This document shows positions 10,165 through 21,373 of a stretch of DNA of 41,975 nucleotides, piece by piece. Below the pieces are notes generated by a model, which saw nothing but the letters and a program-made list of their open reading frames with translations, searched no databases and was not told the DNA's origin. Source of the DNA: Savitreella phatthalungensis (Eukaryota). How positions within the stretch are numbered: position 1 is the stretch's first letter; every line of letters starts with the position of its first letter. The stretch is taken from contig AP039697.1 of the NCBI GenBank assembly GCA_051599415.1, forward strand, positions 496,001-537,975, written 5' to 3'. Position numbers and translations under genes: made by a program.

Positions 10165-11364
10165 CTAGAGCTTTGGAGTGCTTCTAACAATCGCAGAACC
10201 CGCGCGAGACGCATTGTTGCGGTGAATTCGACGCGATATCCAGTCGCCTGTATTGGCCAGAGCAAGCAGATCTATGCCTGTTGTATAGCCAGAGCCGTGG
10301 AGCATATAGACAAGGTCCTCTGTGGCCAGATTGCCGGTCGCGCCTTTTGCGAATGGGCAGCCGCCCAGACCTGCTACAGAGGCATCAAATGCCCGAATAC
10401 CCAACTCAAGACCGACGGCGCAGTTTGCCAGAGCCTGACCGTATGTGTCGTGACAATGCAGCGCAAGCACCGTCGGTGAGATGCGCGCATCGTGGAGGAG
10501 ATGTAGCAATAGACGCTTCCACATGCCTGGCGTACCTATGCCCGTCGTGTCGCCCAGAGAGATCTCGTAGCAACCCATGGCGAGGAGCTCTTTGGTCAGC
10601 CATGCTACATCGCGGACAGAGACCTGGCCGTCATACGGGCAGCCAACAACACATGAGATATAGCCCCGCACCCGCATTCCGCGGGACCTGGCCAACGTGC
10701 AGACAGGTCTGAATCGCTCGAGCGATTCAGCCCTTGTGCAATTGATGTTTTTGCGAGAGAATCCTTCGCTCGCTGAGGCGAAGACCGCGATCTCCCGCAC
10801 GCCTGCTTGGACAGCAAGCTCCATATGCCGGATCGTCGGAACTAGGACTGGATAAGAGATTGGGTGCGGTAAGTAGCCTCGGTCATGCTGATCGAGGAAC
10901 GACGGCGACGACGACGATGTTGGTGTCGTCGAAGGTAGCCCTCCGCGAGCTCGAATGCCTGTGAGCACCTCGGCAGCATCCGCGAGTTGCGGAATGAGCT
11001 TCTTGCTAACGAACGAAGTCGCCTCAATCGTTCGCAGGCCTGTACGAGCAAGTCTATCTATCAACTCAAGTTTTGTAGCGGTATCGACGAGTGTCGGTTC
11101 GTTCTGGAGGCCGTCCCTGGGGCCGACCTCGACGATGCGCACATGCTTTCCGGGTCGAGTTGCGTCTGCCATGAATGCCGGGGGCGCTGGAGGTGGCGTG
11201 GCTGTAGCACTCCGTAGCGGGATGGACGCGTGTATCAGCCTGGAGGCTGTCCTCGGAGGCGATCGTGCCGGACCATGTCGCCCAGTTGCAAGAGCGGGCG
11301 ACATACTCGTGGCTACTGAGCGCGAGCGTAGACTTGGCATCAAGATATAGTGTACAGGCGCCAT
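10165..11364 (-). CDS. HMGCL: Hydroxymethylglutaryl-CoA lyase, mitochondrial
   Basis: VRIVEVGPRDGLQNE, ISLGDTTG.GTP, ALHCHDTYGQALAN and GLGGCPFAKGATGNLATED motifs; Arg/Ser-rich presequence-like N-terminus. The exact start Met is uncertain. Confidence 0.93.
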   Translation of the reverse strand: MAPVHYILMPSLRSRSVATSMSPALATGRHGPARSPPRTASRLIHASIPLRSATATPPPAPPAFMADATRPGKHVRIVEVGPRDGLQNEPTLVDTATKLELIDRLARTGLRTIEATSFVSKKLIPQLADAAEVLTGIRARGGLPSTTPTSSSSPSFLDQHDRGYLPHPISYPVLVPTIRHMELAVQAGVREIAVFASASEGFSRKNINCTRAESLERFRPVCTLARSRGMRVRGYISCVVGCPYDGQVSVRDVAWLTKELLAMGCYEISLGDTTGIGTPGMWKRLLLHLLHDARISPTVLALHCHDTYGQALANCAVGLELGIRAFDASVAGLGGCPFAKGATGNLATEDLVYMLHGSGYTTGIDLLALANTGDWISRRIHRNNASRAGSAIVRSTPKL

Positions 11365-12074
11365 TCGATGCCGACAGTTGTCCGAGGAGCCAACAGAGAG
11401 ATGATCAGACCTCTCGCCAGTCGCAAGGACGCAGCGTAGGGTAAGCTTGAGTGGTGCCGTTCGATGGTCTGCATGTGCGGAATAGGTGGGCTATCCGGAA
11501 TGTCTCAGATCCGGGGTAATCCACCTCGATCAGATTCAGACCAATTCAGCATGTGACAATATGTGCACCCGGCTGAGAGGTGAAAAATTGGATTTCTGAT
11601 TTCCTGAAGATACCTATTCCGGTGATGCGTAATTTCACTAAGATTCATAACACCGAGCAACGCGCACTTGTTCATGATCAATTACAGTACTGATTCAGTG
11701 CCGATCGATAGAGATTGAATAGCGAACAAATTCATGCATACAATTAAATTATATAAAACCGGTCTAAATTAGATGCATTACTTCTGATATGTGATCTATA
11801 GGCTCGCCGTTCTTGGTGAAGTCCGTACTATGCTACTGTAGTTCTACTCCATCACACGATACTGCACCGCTCGCCTCTGAAGTCGAGCCGACAGCATACT
11901 TGAACCCGGAGACGATCCGGGACGAACTAACGAGGCTTCGAACAAGCCTGGATTGACAGACGTGCAAAGTGTTTAGCAGAGCAAGGGATTGCACTGATAG
12001 GTCAATGAGGTATATAAGTCATGAGGATGAGAATAAGTAAGCTCACTATGGTATCATTCGTTTTCGTGTATCGT

Positions 12075-13319
12075 TCACGCGTCGTCTGCAGCACCGTCGA
12101 GCTTGAAGCGATGACTCGGAGCTGGCAGTAGCAAATCGCTTTCTTCGTCGATGCGAGTAATCGGTGGCGTCTTTTGTAGCAGGGACAGGCCGAAATGAGC
12201 GCTCGCCCTACGATTGCTGCCAGGTGGTAAGATCGGGCTTTGAGCACCAGCTGCTGGCCGACGTTGAGCAGCCAGACCAGCACTGATGCCAGAAACTTGT
12301 GCCATTGATCTGGAGGAGTTTGTCGTAACGAGTGAATTCATGCCGGAAGTCACTTCGGCAAGGGCATGCTCCGTCAGTGGGCACTCTTGTACGTACGACT
12401 CAAGCAGTGAACCCCCAATAAATCGAGCCTCTTTGGCGTCCGGTCGCTGATGGGAAGGATCTTGAGCAGTGCCCCTAACTTTCTTCTCTGGTACCCACGG
12501 CGTATACTTCTGTGGTTCCGGTTGCTGGGTCACAATTCGCAGCTTTTCTCTCCCGTCTGGTACACGATTCGCAAAGACTACGCGCTGTGTCCGATAGAGA
12601 TAGTGCTTGCCTTCAGCAGTGCAGCAGATCTGGACGTGTATGGCATAGCGCATCTTGTCGTCCTCGTAGTGCTTCTGACGGAAGAAAGTCTTGTGAAGTG
12701 GCGGCATGTCGGCTACGTCGTAGGGAACAAGGAAGAACTTCACGGCGGTCTTGTTCGGATTCTTGATGATGATCTGAAGCTGACCCTGGGGTGGAATTCG
12801 ATATCCTCGGCGGGTCACAACAGAATCGAGATCAATCTGACCGACGTAAGGCGACACATCAGAATAGAAGCTTGCAGGAAATTCGATGGTGAGATGGGGA
12901 GGACACCTGAGTGACGTTTTACACTTGCCTGTGCCTAGAACGCCAATGCTAGCGGTGAAGTCCAGAGGCCTTGACAACGACTGGCTCATGCGACCTGATA
13001 ATAACGACTCTTCGTAGCTTCCGACGAAACTACCCATACTCCTTCCGAAGGATAGCCGACGATTGAAAGACCGTGCGCCAACCGGGCCGAGCCTGGGAGA
13101 TGGCAACGAGAAGCTTGTACTCGACAAGTGCGGCGCATCGTACGAATTCTGAACTCGTCGATCCTTGTAATATGCTCCATCCTCAGTGATGTCAATTGGG
13201 TCGCTTTCGTTCGAGTCGAGGCTCGTGCCTCCATGTATCAATGGAGAGGAAATCTTGACCTGCGCGGCCGTAGGCGGACCGCCCGTTGAGGCGAGCGACT
13301 CGCGCATCGGTTGGCGCAT
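12075..13319 (-). CDS. FAM214/Atos (DUF4210 + chromosome-segregation domain) family protein
   Basis: GSFVGSYEESLLSGRMS, LDFTASIGVLG..C...L.CPPH, PYVGQIDL, GQLQIIIKNPNKTAVKFFLVPYD..DMP...KTF.RQ, RYAIH and RVVF motifs. A possible extra 5' exon (13545-13442, intron 13441-13378 GTACAA...GCTAAG...CATAG) splices in frame. Confidence 0.8.
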   Translation of the reverse strand: MRQPMRESLASTGGPPTAAQVKISSPLIHGGTSLDSNESDPIDITEDGAYYKDRRVQNSYDAPHLSSTSFSLPSPRLGPVGARSFNRRLSFGRSMGSFVGSYEESLLSGRMSQSLSRPLDFTASIGVLGTGKCKTSLRCPPHLTIEFPASFYSDVSPYVGQIDLDSVVTRRGYRIPPQGQLQIIIKNPNKTAVKFFLVPYDVADMPPLHKTFFRQKHYEDDKMRYAIHVQICCTAEGKHYLYRTQRVVFANRVPDGREKLRIVTQQPEPQKYTPWVPEKKVRGTAQDPSHQRPDAKEARFIGGSLLESYVQECPLTEHALAEVTSGMNSLVTTNSSRSMAQVSGISAGLAAQRRPAAGAQSPILPPGSNRRASAHFGLSLLQKTPPITRIDEESDLLLPAPSHRFKLDGAADDA

Positions 13320-13687
13320 ATCCTTGATGCGTATCAGATTGTAGTATTGCTCATCGCTGCTAAGGTACGACGTACAGCTATGAGCTTAGCCTTCTTGATG
13401 TCGTCTAAGCGATGACGATGTCGTTCCAATAAGGCTTGTACCTGACCGTTCTTGGAATCTGATTTGTGCGGAGATTAAAGTAGAGCCGTCCGTAGCATGC
13501 AGAACGGCGCGCAGGCTTTGAAGTAAATTCAATCATATCTGGCATAAATGCACAGCGTAGGTCTACAAGTTTCACAAAGTACGTTCAATCGATCGTGTAT
13601 AAATTTAATTAAATTAGATTTACGTACACAGTAGCTACTAGCTTTGCACATATGACTGAAGGTTGTATCCTGACCATACCAGGCAGT

Positions 13688-16111
13688 TCAGGACCGAGCC
13701 ATCAACTGATCGCGAAGGACTGTGAATTCAGCCATGGCGGCGTCGGTCGGGGTAATCTCTCCCATTTGCTCAGGCTCATCGATCCCAGCTCTCTGCATGG
13801 CTAGCATGTATCTCTTGCTGGCACATGGATCAGCAACAAAGCCAGCTTCACGCATCTGCTCCCAGCATTGACGCATCAGCTCGGGCCGATGCGGCTGAGT
13901 TCGTTCATATACTGCAAGCATTTCTTCGAACACGGCACTGAGTGCGTATTGCCCTTCTGTCTGGACGAGACCGCTCGCCTCGCGTGGCAGCTTTGCCATC
14001 AGATTCTCTACAGTGCGATGCCAAAGGGTTTGCGCACCCTGCAGGTCATCCGTTGAAGCGCAAATCTGCAACATTTTGTGCACAGATGGCAAATCCGCCC
14101 AACCGGCAAGGTTGACGCCCAAATCAAATAGCGCGTCCACTGACAACTTCATGTTTGCGACGTCGAGGTCGATGTTCGCCTTGACACCGACGAATTCGCG
14201 TTGCCACTGTCGAAGACTCAGGCGCAAGAGCTCTTTAGATGCGCTCGGACGACGCAGGGCAGCTTGCAAGATGAAGTATGTGGGCAATGAGCATTTGCCG
14301 AGCTCGTCCTGGAGGGCACGTATGACATTGAGAGCAGCCTCGCGGTTACCCCGTGCGAGCTGTCCAAGACTCAGGGCGACAACGCAATGTTCTCGCAGCG
14401 CGACAGGCAGCCCTAGACTGCCTGCCAGGAGCTTCGACTGTAAGATTGTGCTCGTATCTATTGCCTTTGCATAGACAAGCAGCACGAATGTTCCACGGTC
14501 CTGCCGGAACCCGCGGGCGAGGTCAGATTGTACTGCTCCGAGAATCTCGTCCGTGCTTCTTCCCGCGAGGATCATGCTTTTGAGGTGCAAGTTGAGCAGG
14601 ACTGAAGATCCAGATTCCCCGTCCGGTTCGACACCATGCCAGAGATTCTCGATAGCTGAAAACTCTTCGCGAATGAGATGGAGCTGGATGGCTGCGAGGA
14701 TGGTCGTGGCCTCTGAGCCTTGGAGCAATTGGGCAACAGCTTCCTGAGCTCCATCGCCATCTTGGCGAGCTGCGAAAATGTCAATGCTCTGCAACTTAGC
14801 AAGAGTACGGACTGGCACTCTGCCTCGCTGCGCTACTGACAGAACATCGAGAGAGCCATACGCATCGAGCATGCCAGCCCGCATCCAGTGAAGGATTGCG
14901 AAAACAGCTCGATCAGGCTGCTGTCGATATTGCCGAAATCGAGCGAGAGCGCGTCTGACGCCGGCAACATCGAAAGCATTCACCTCCGCCTGCACCAGCA
15001 CACTGAGCATTTGTTTGTCTGGAACGAGACCACTTCGAAGGAATTCTTCAAAATAGCGCTTCGTCTCCTGAGGCTTGCCTGCTGCGGCGAAAGCGTGCAT
15101 TATACTCGTATACGGGCGAACGAGTTCGAGGGCGTGCGCTGGACGATCGTCAAGGCATCCTTGAAATACTTTTACGGCGTTCTCTAGGTCGCCGACCTCT
15201 CCATGAGCTCGAATCAATACTGCATCCAGTCTGGGCGATCGCGTGATACCTGATTTTGCGTCCGCAAGCACCTCGTCATAGAGCGCGATTGCGAGCTTCG
15301 GGCGGGAGTCACTGATGCAGCCGGACATGACCGCTCCGATCTCGTTTCGTGTCAGCATGCCATCCTGCCAAAGTGCTCTTTGTAGAAATCTGTAAGCCTT
15401 GAGCGAGAGACCTCGACGACTCAATCGAAAGACCATTTCTCTTCTGAATACTATGCGAAAGCTGCGCGCGACGTCGTCACTGATACACTTGATACAAGCA
15501 AATGTGTCTTTGTTAGGGAGAAGATCGATAAGCTGGGCAATTGCCTCGGGTGGTCCTCCATACTCGGAGAAACCGTCATGAAAGTTTCCGGTGATTGTGC
15601 GATGGCATTCGTGCCACAACCTAAGACCAGTCTGCCAATCTCGCAGGGCAATAGCAAGCATCATCAATCTATCCTTCAGCTCGTACTTGTCTTCCGGCTC
15701 GAGTCGTGGGAACAGTTTCCAGGCATCTTCGACAGCTCCCACACTGATGAATGCCCAAACCTTATAGTACGTCAAGGTCGCACGGTGAAGCTGTTCCGAG
15801 ACGGATCGACTGTCTAGGAGGGTGAGCAACCGCTGAGCGTCCAAGCGGGATTCTGTTTTGTACATCTCCAGTATTCTGCCAAGCAATGCATGCTTAGATG
15901 CGAGCATGTCTTCCGAAGAAGCCATCCAAGCTCGCCATAATGTTTCTTTATCACCGGCGGCAAGCAACCGGTCAAAGTCTAGAGATGACTCTCTGGTCAA
16001 AGTTGAAAACGTATGTGGAAGAATGAGAGGCCGCAGCAGTGACGCAACCGTCTGTCTGACATTTGGACATGCATGCCGCAGCGCTGTGAAGCCAGATTGC
16101 GCAATCTTCAT
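13688..16111 (-). CDS. Pentatricopeptide-repeat (PPR) protein, probably a mitochondrial RNA factor
   Basis: ~35-aa helical repeats, e.g. LDAVLIRAHGEVGDLENAVKVFQGC and YTSIMHAFAAAGKPQETKRYFEEFLRSGLVPD. First ATG at 16111 with a presequence-like N-terminus. Confidence 0.8.
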   Translation of the reverse strand: MKIAQSGFTALRHACPNVRQTVASLLRPLILPHTFSTLTRESSLDFDRLLAAGDKETLWRAWMASSEDMLASKHALLGRILEMYKTESRLDAQRLLTLLDSRSVSEQLHRATLTYYKVWAFISVGAVEDAWKLFPRLEPEDKYELKDRLMMLAIALRDWQTGLRLWHECHRTITGNFHDGFSEYGGPPEAIAQLIDLLPNKDTFACIKCISDDVARSFRIVFRREMVFRLSRRGLSLKAYRFLQRALWQDGMLTRNEIGAVMSGCISDSRPKLAIALYDEVLADAKSGITRSPRLDAVLIRAHGEVGDLENAVKVFQGCLDDRPAHALELVRPYTSIMHAFAAAGKPQETKRYFEEFLRSGLVPDKQMLSVLVQAEVNAFDVAGVRRALARFRQYRQQPDRAVFAILHWMRAGMLDAYGSLDVLSVAQRGRVPVRTLAKLQSIDIFAARQDGDGAQEAVAQLLQGSEATTILAAIQLHLIREEFSAIENLWHGVEPDGESGSSVLLNLHLKSMILAGRSTDEILGAVQSDLARGFRQDRGTFVLLVYAKAIDTSTILQSKLLAGSLGLPVALREHCVVALSLGQLARGNREAALNVIRALQDELGKCSLPTYFILQAALRRPSASKELLRLSLRQWQREFVGVKANIDLDVANMKLSVDALFDLGVNLAGWADLPSVHKMLQICASTDDLQGAQTLWHRTVENLMAKLPREASGLVQTEGQYALSAVFEEMLAVYERTQPHRPELMRQCWEQMREAGFVADPCASKRYMLAMQRAGIDEPEQMGEITPTDAAMAEFTVLRDQLMARS

Positions 16112-16835
16112 ACATACATCTCCGCGCGAGGTCTCTTGAGTGACTGCTGCGTACGCGCGAGACCCTTTTGTGGATATCACCTACCGGCACTTTTTTTTCG
16201 CAAGCTTGCTTACAAGGACATTAATATCGCATGACAGTGATGCCTGATGATCAGGACGATGATGAGGCATGCAACCAGGAATCAGGTGTACGTGAAGCAG
16301 CTGGCCAATCTCAATGCAAATCAAGAATTTGCCGTTTTTTTCTCTACGCTCGTTTTCACTGAATCAGCAATCGTTTGCTGCTGATCAAATGCATTCGCGT
16401 ACGTACGTATGAGTGCGTGGGGATTTTCTACTCCGCTAGATACAGGCATGATTGTGCATCAGAGAGCGATGAGATGAGGCTGCAGGTGACGAATCCATAC
16501 ACATGTGTCATTGTAGTGATGACTGCATGTATATGAATGCACAGCAATTAACCGCAATTAATTCAGGGTCAGTCCACAGTTACACATGATTGCACATGTA
16601 CGTTGCGATGAGCAAGCTAGCTAGATGATCAATGCAGCAAATTCAGTGTTTTGTTTAAAATCTTTGGACGCCTTAGCCTGTTCGAACTTGAATATCAGCC
16701 TGACTAGTGCGCACTGTGTCAGGGATCTGCCAAATATAGAATCAGGCATGAGGATAATCACAGGGCAAGAGGGAAGCCAAGACGCGCTGTAGATCGGCAA
16801 CACTCTCTTCCCTTCTTCTGACGCAAAGTTGCAAT

Positions 16836-18005
16836 ATGCAGAGAACGCCGTCAAGAGCACATCGGGAAGGATTGGATGAGTATGCGCCTCCACCGGTCAT
16901 CCGGCTCCAGCGCGAGCCTTCGGTTGAGGGCGAACTGATTGATGGCTTGAATGGTACACACATCAGCCCTACTGGGTCGCGTACATCGTCCTATGGCTCT
17001 GCAAGCATTTCGCGACAAGACTCTACAAAGAGGACAACACCAACGAGCAAGCGCATGTCTCGCAGATTCCTTGATAGCATGCACTTACGGTCTCGCAGCA
17101 CCTCGCGCGCCAGTCAATACTTGCCCGATTTCAAGCCGATAGACAGAAGTGCAGACGTCGAATCTCAGTACGAAGAGCGCGCAGTGATGCTTGCGCGGGC
17201 AGGTCCTCCGTCTCCTGCCCTGCCTCGGAGTGACTCCATCTTTGATATGGGTGCACCACGGATACCTCCTATACAATTCCACGCGGGCAGTCCAGAGCGC
17301 AAGGAGCAGCCTGGCACACCTGGCCGACTGGCGTCTGGAGGTTCTGATGGCCCGGTAATGATTGATCGGAGCGAAGAGGATTTGCCGAAGGACGAAATCC
17401 TGCAGCGGGCGATCCTTCTGCATGAAGCTGGACAGCTCGAGAACGCGACCCGGCTATTCCGGCTATCCGGCCAGGGTCAGGATGGACTGGCTATCGGTCA
17501 GCTCATGTATGGCTTATCGTTGCGGCACGGGTGGGGTATCCCGAAGGACGAGGCCAAGGCGATCAATTGGTTACGCAAGGCCGCTGCATCCTCGGCTGAT
17601 CATGAGGCTGAGGCTTTGAGCGAGAAGCGTCCGACCGGGGGCACCATGAAGGGCGATTTAATACTAGCGATTTTCGAACTCGGCAATTGCTTTCGCTATG
17701 GCTGGGGCTGCGAAATAGATCGCGATCTTGCGCGACATTATTACGAAACTGCGGCCAATCTTGGCGACGCAGATGCCATGGCAGAGACAGCCTGGTGCTA
17801 TGAGACTGGCTTTGGACTGAAGAAGGACAAGTATAAGGCGGCGTTCTGGTACAGACGAAGCGAGCAAGCTGGCAACAAGATCGTTGGCAATCAATGGATC
17901 TGGAAGCCCAAATACGATCCTGATCCATTTGTCTCGGATGATGCAACCAAGGGAAAATCACATTGGTGGCAGAGGTCGAAACTGACGGGAGGCAGCCCAA
18001 AATGA
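16836..18005 (+). CDS. Sel1-repeat protein, Dsf2 / S. pombe Nif1-like
   Basis: Disordered Ser/Arg-rich N-terminal half, then AILLHEAGQLE, GQLMYGLSLRHGWG, AIFELGNCFRYGWG, AANLGDADAM...CY..G.G.KKDK..AA.WYR and GNQWIWKPKY. Confidence 0.8.
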   Translation: MQRTPSRAHREGLDEYAPPPVIRLQREPSVEGELIDGLNGTHISPTGSRTSSYGSASISRQDSTKRTTPTSKRMSRRFLDSMHLRSRSTSRASQYLPDFKPIDRSADVESQYEERAVMLARAGPPSPALPRSDSIFDMGAPRIPPIQFHAGSPERKEQPGTPGRLASGGSDGPVMIDRSEEDLPKDEILQRAILLHEAGQLENATRLFRLSGQGQDGLAIGQLMYGLSLRHGWGIPKDEAKAINWLRKAAASSADHEAEALSEKRPTGGTMKGDLILAIFELGNCFRYGWGCEIDRDLARHYYETAANLGDADAMAETAWCYETGFGLKKDKYKAAFWYRRSEQAGNKIVGNQWIWKPKYDPDPFVSDDATKGKSHWWQRSKLTGGSPK

Positions 18006-18495
18006 AGCATTCCGGGAAGTGCTACGTCGAGGTCTGTCCCGGAGACATGGTCACGACAGTGGTGCGGTCACCAATCGTTTCCTCAGCTTTCAAATACTAC
18101 TCAGCACGGGTACTGTACCTTTTGAGACGAAAACTCTGTAATGCTCGATCATCGCGACTGCGGTGCGCTCTCGCTTCAAAAGCTCACACGTCCCCGACCT
18201 TGGAGATTGCGGGATCGCTTCGTACGCTGAAGTGTGCATATGGTCTACATTTCTGAGATCTCATATGCGCTGCACGTGCCGTTTTAACTGGCGCTGTGGA
18301 CAAATCAAGAAACATATGTAAGTTCATAGCAGGGATATATGTTGCATCGTGCACTGAATATATCTGATCGAATCTTCAATTTAATTCCATCAATTGATTG
18401 TTCGCATTACCAGATATAATTTCTGGTAAGCACTACAAAGCCGGTTTGGTGTATGCTCTTTTCTCAGCGCTTGCTAGACTTGACACCTGGTCGAA

Positions 18496-18524
18496 CAGCC
18501 AATCACAAGCGTCTCAATTGGCTG
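18496..18524. promoter_or_regulatory. Inverted pair of CCAAT boxes (CAGCCAAT-N13-ATTGGCTG) upstream of SDH2; candidate CCAAT-binding complex/HapX(Php4) site
   Basis: CCAAT at 18499-18503 and ATTGG at 18517-18521. Each strand fits CSAAT-N12-RWT. It lies ~400 bp upstream of an Fe-S respiratory gene. Confidence 0.55.
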
Positions 18525-18716
18525 ACGAAGTACTCGGCAATGTTTTGACCCGGACCACATCTCAATTTTGTCTTCCGGGGCGAATCGGCGAGATTATCTA
18601 AGGCATATGCTAGTAAAGTCTATAGGAATCCACAGTTCCTTTGTACACGCAGGACTCACTAACCCCGCGACAATTACAGTCGTGCTCGACAAGCACCAGG
18701 AGCCGCATAGTCGGAG

Positions 18717-18813
18717 ACACATACTCACGCACACAATCACATACTCACACACACACACTCTCACACACACACCTACTCTCACACACATACACACTCTCAC
18801 ATACGCTGACACA
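18717..18813. repeat. Imperfect (CA)n/(CT)n microsatellite-like tract
   Basis: acacatactcacgcacacaatcacatactcacacacacacactctcacacacacacc...; nearly G-free on the + strand. Confidence 0.85.
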
Positions 18814-18923
18814 GGCTTTGCAAACTCGTGCACCTTTGGCCGCTGACCTTCGATTCCATTGAAGGTAATCACAAGGCAAGCTTAAATACGTGGAAGCGAC
18901 AAGATCTTTCGACGAGTTACAAT

Positions 18924-19757
18924 ATGCTATCCAGAAGAGCACTGACGACCGCAACTCGCATGCAGGTGCATGTGCGTGGGATTTCAACGACAGCCAAGGT
19001 TGCAGCATCAGTCGCGACTTCCGAACAGGCTCCTCGCGCTGGAAAGGAGCCAAAGATGAAGAAGTTTTCGATCTACAGGTGGTCGCCAGAGACGCCAGAG
19101 GAGAAGCCCAAGATGCAGCAGTACGAGATCGACCTCAACGCATGCGGTCCGATGGTCCTCGATGCGATCATCAAGATCAAGAATGAAGTTGACCCTACCC
19201 TCACATTCCGACGGTCTTGTCGCGAAGGTATTTGTGGTTCTTGCGCGATGAATATCGACGGCCAGAACACACTAGCTTGTCTTTGCAGGATTGACCCAAC
19301 GAAGGAGACGAAGATCTACCCGCTGCCACACACCTACGTCGTCAAGGATATCGTTCCAGATTTGACATTGTTCTACAAGCAATACAAGGCGATCAAGCCT
19401 TACCTGCAGCGCAACGAGAAGGACTTCCCAGAGGACGGCACGGAGATTCGTCAGTCAAAGGCAGACCGCCGCAAGCTCGATGGTCTGTACGAGTGCATCC
19501 TGTGTGCATGCTGCTCGACTTCGTGCCCATCGTACTGGTGGAACTCTCAGGAGTATCTCGGCCCGGCCGTACTCATGCAGGCCTATCGCTGGCTCATCGA
19601 CTCGCGCGACCAGGCTGGCGCGGAGCGTCGCGACATGCTGAATAACTCCATGTCTCTTTACCGCTGTCACACCATCATGAACTGTGCTCGCACTTGCCCC
19701 AAGGGTCTCAATCCGGGACTTGGCATCGCAAAGATCAAGAAGATGATGCTCGATTAG
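18924..19757 (+). CDS. SDH2: Succinate dehydrogenase iron-sulfur subunit
   Basis: Presequence MLSRRALTT...; Fe-S motifs [35 protein letters not shown] and [20 protein letters not shown]. Confidence 0.98.
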   Translation: MLSRRALTTATRMQVHVRGISTTAKVAASVATSEQAPRAGKEPKMKKFSIYRWSPETPEEKPKMQQYEIDLNACGPMVLDAIIKIKNEVDPTLTFRRSCREGICGSCAMNIDGQNTLACLCRIDPTKETKIYPLPHTYVVKDIVPDLTLFYKQYKAIKPYLQRNEKDFPEDGTEIRQSKADRRKLDGLYECILCACCSTSCPSYWWNSQEYLGPAVLMQAYRWLIDSRDQAGAERRDMLNNSMSLYRCHTIMNCARTCPKGLNPGLGIAKIKKMMLD

Positions 19758-19902
19758 AAGGATACTTCGTACACCACACATAGTGGCTGCGGCTGCAGCT
19801 TCAACAACGACTCCCAGCGTCCGTTTAGCGAATGTATGCATGACTTTGTAGACTGTTTTTACAGAAATTGAAGCAGTGAATCAAAACGTCGATGATATGG
19901 AC

Positions 19903-20979
19903 TCACCGTCTACGCTTCGCCGGCGGTGTGACTTTCTTACACGCGTCACAGAACCATGATCCTCGTGGCGGTGCGGTCAAGTTGACGCAAGCGAGGTGGA
20001 ACCATTCGCGTTCGCAGTCGTCACCATCACACGCAACCATCTCGCCGTAGGACACCTGGTTACAGTAGCAGTAGGTCGGCTCATCGTCCGGCGCATTAGC
20101 GATAGCTGCTGCTGCCTGCGCGGCCACCTTGGCTGGCAGCAAAGGTGACAAGGACCGACGGCGGGGCTTCGACTGCCTGCCCGTGCGGGATACGGTGACC
20201 TTTGACTCCGCATAGCTGCTGCCGTGGCTGCCTGCGTTGTGATGTGCGCCACCACCGCTCCCTTGACCGCTCGTGCCTCCTTGCTTCACATGCACGCCAC
20301 CATTGGCGGTCTCCTCTCTGTAACCGACAGCCGGATGAACGGCTGACGACTGCTTTCCTGAAGTCGTCGTCACACTCGGTTTCTTATTCGAAGGTGGCTC
20401 GATGCGCTTAGGCGCATTACGTATTGCAGCTTGAACGGAGTTGATACGAGGTGGTGGGGTTCCTTCGCGCAAATGCTGCGGAATCTCAACGTCTCTCAGT
20501 AGAGCGAAGTCTCTGTCAAGCCTAGCCATATGGCGCGAGACAACATCTGCAGCTGCAGATGCGACAGAGACCTTCTCATCAGAATATGCGAAACCCTGCA
20601 TGATGAGCTCCTTGATGCGCACAAGTCTCTCCGATGCGCGTTGATGGGCCTCTTCTTGAACATCCTGCTCTGTACCCGCGTCTGAGACGTCTCTGTCGAC
20701 TGCCGACGCCTGTGACACTGGACGGGCTACCGTGGCTAAGCCATCCGTCAATGCTTGTTGCGGCGGATCGATCAAAGGAGCTTTTGAGCCTTCGATCGCT
20801 GTGGATTCCATCGGTAACTCGTCCATGAACAGCTGGATCTCCTCGATCAGCTGCGCCTGAAGCCCCACTGTTTTGCTGTCCACTTCTCGCAGGAGGGTGA
20901 AATTCCGCACGAGGTCTGCCGGTAATGCCTCAATGGCGTCGCAGAAGTCATTGAGTGCAGGCAAGATCTGAGCCGACAT
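19903..20979 (-). CDS. ING-family chromatin protein (Yng2/Pho23/Png-like) with a C-terminal PHD finger
   Basis: N-terminal ING domain ([22 protein letters not shown]...DEKV..A......RH..RLD) and [36 protein letters not shown]...P.GSWFC..C. Confidence 0.93.
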   Translation of the reverse strand: MSAQILPALNDFCDAIEALPADLVRNFTLLREVDSKTVGLQAQLIEEIQLFMDELPMESTAIEGSKAPLIDPPQQALTDGLATVARPVSQASAVDRDVSDAGTEQDVQEEAHQRASERLVRIKELIMQGFAYSDEKVSVASAAADVVSRHMARLDRDFALLRDVEIPQHLREGTPPPRINSVQAAIRNAPKRIEPPSNKKPSVTTTSGKQSSAVHPAVGYREETANGGVHVKQGGTSGQGSGGGAHHNAGSHGSSYAESKVTVSRTGRQSKPRRRSLSPLLPAKVAAQAAAAIANAPDDEPTYCYCNQVSYGEMVACDGDDCEREWFHLACVNLTAPPRGSWFCDACKKVTPPAKRRR

Positions 20980-21373
20980 TTTCCCTTGAGAAGACCGGAC
21001 GATGCGATTTTCTTCCGTTCAGCACGCTCTATCTGTCCTGGTGCTTGTCCAGGCTCGCTGGGAGGAGGATGGTCCTGGATCACACTTCTAGCTGTTGCTT
21101 TTGACGCATTCTCGGTGCATCGATCATGATCGATCATATCAGTCGACAAAATAAATCCAGCCTACGCGCCTCCATCTAAAACTCTGGACAATTAGGGTAG
21201 ATATCCATACCACCAAAAGCACTTATACAGCGGCCGATCGGGAAGATGTCCACGGCGTTCCAGGGCTGCAGGACTGAGTAAGCGTCTTGGCTCCACCACA
21301 AAGAGCTCACAGGATCGATACTGAACACGACTGGCGATAGGTGAGGCACACGCTCCATACGCGAGCGACATCC

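Noticed and set aside
11796..11956. Short open frame ending ...AYLNPETIRDELTRLRTSLD* downstream of a TATA-like tract
   Set aside because: No in-frame ATG and no convincing upstream exon or donor.
18717..18813. CA-rich tract as a relic telomere (C1-3A type)
   Set aside because: This organism's telomere is TTAGGG and the tract has no CCCTAA units; it is an ordinary degenerate microsatellite.
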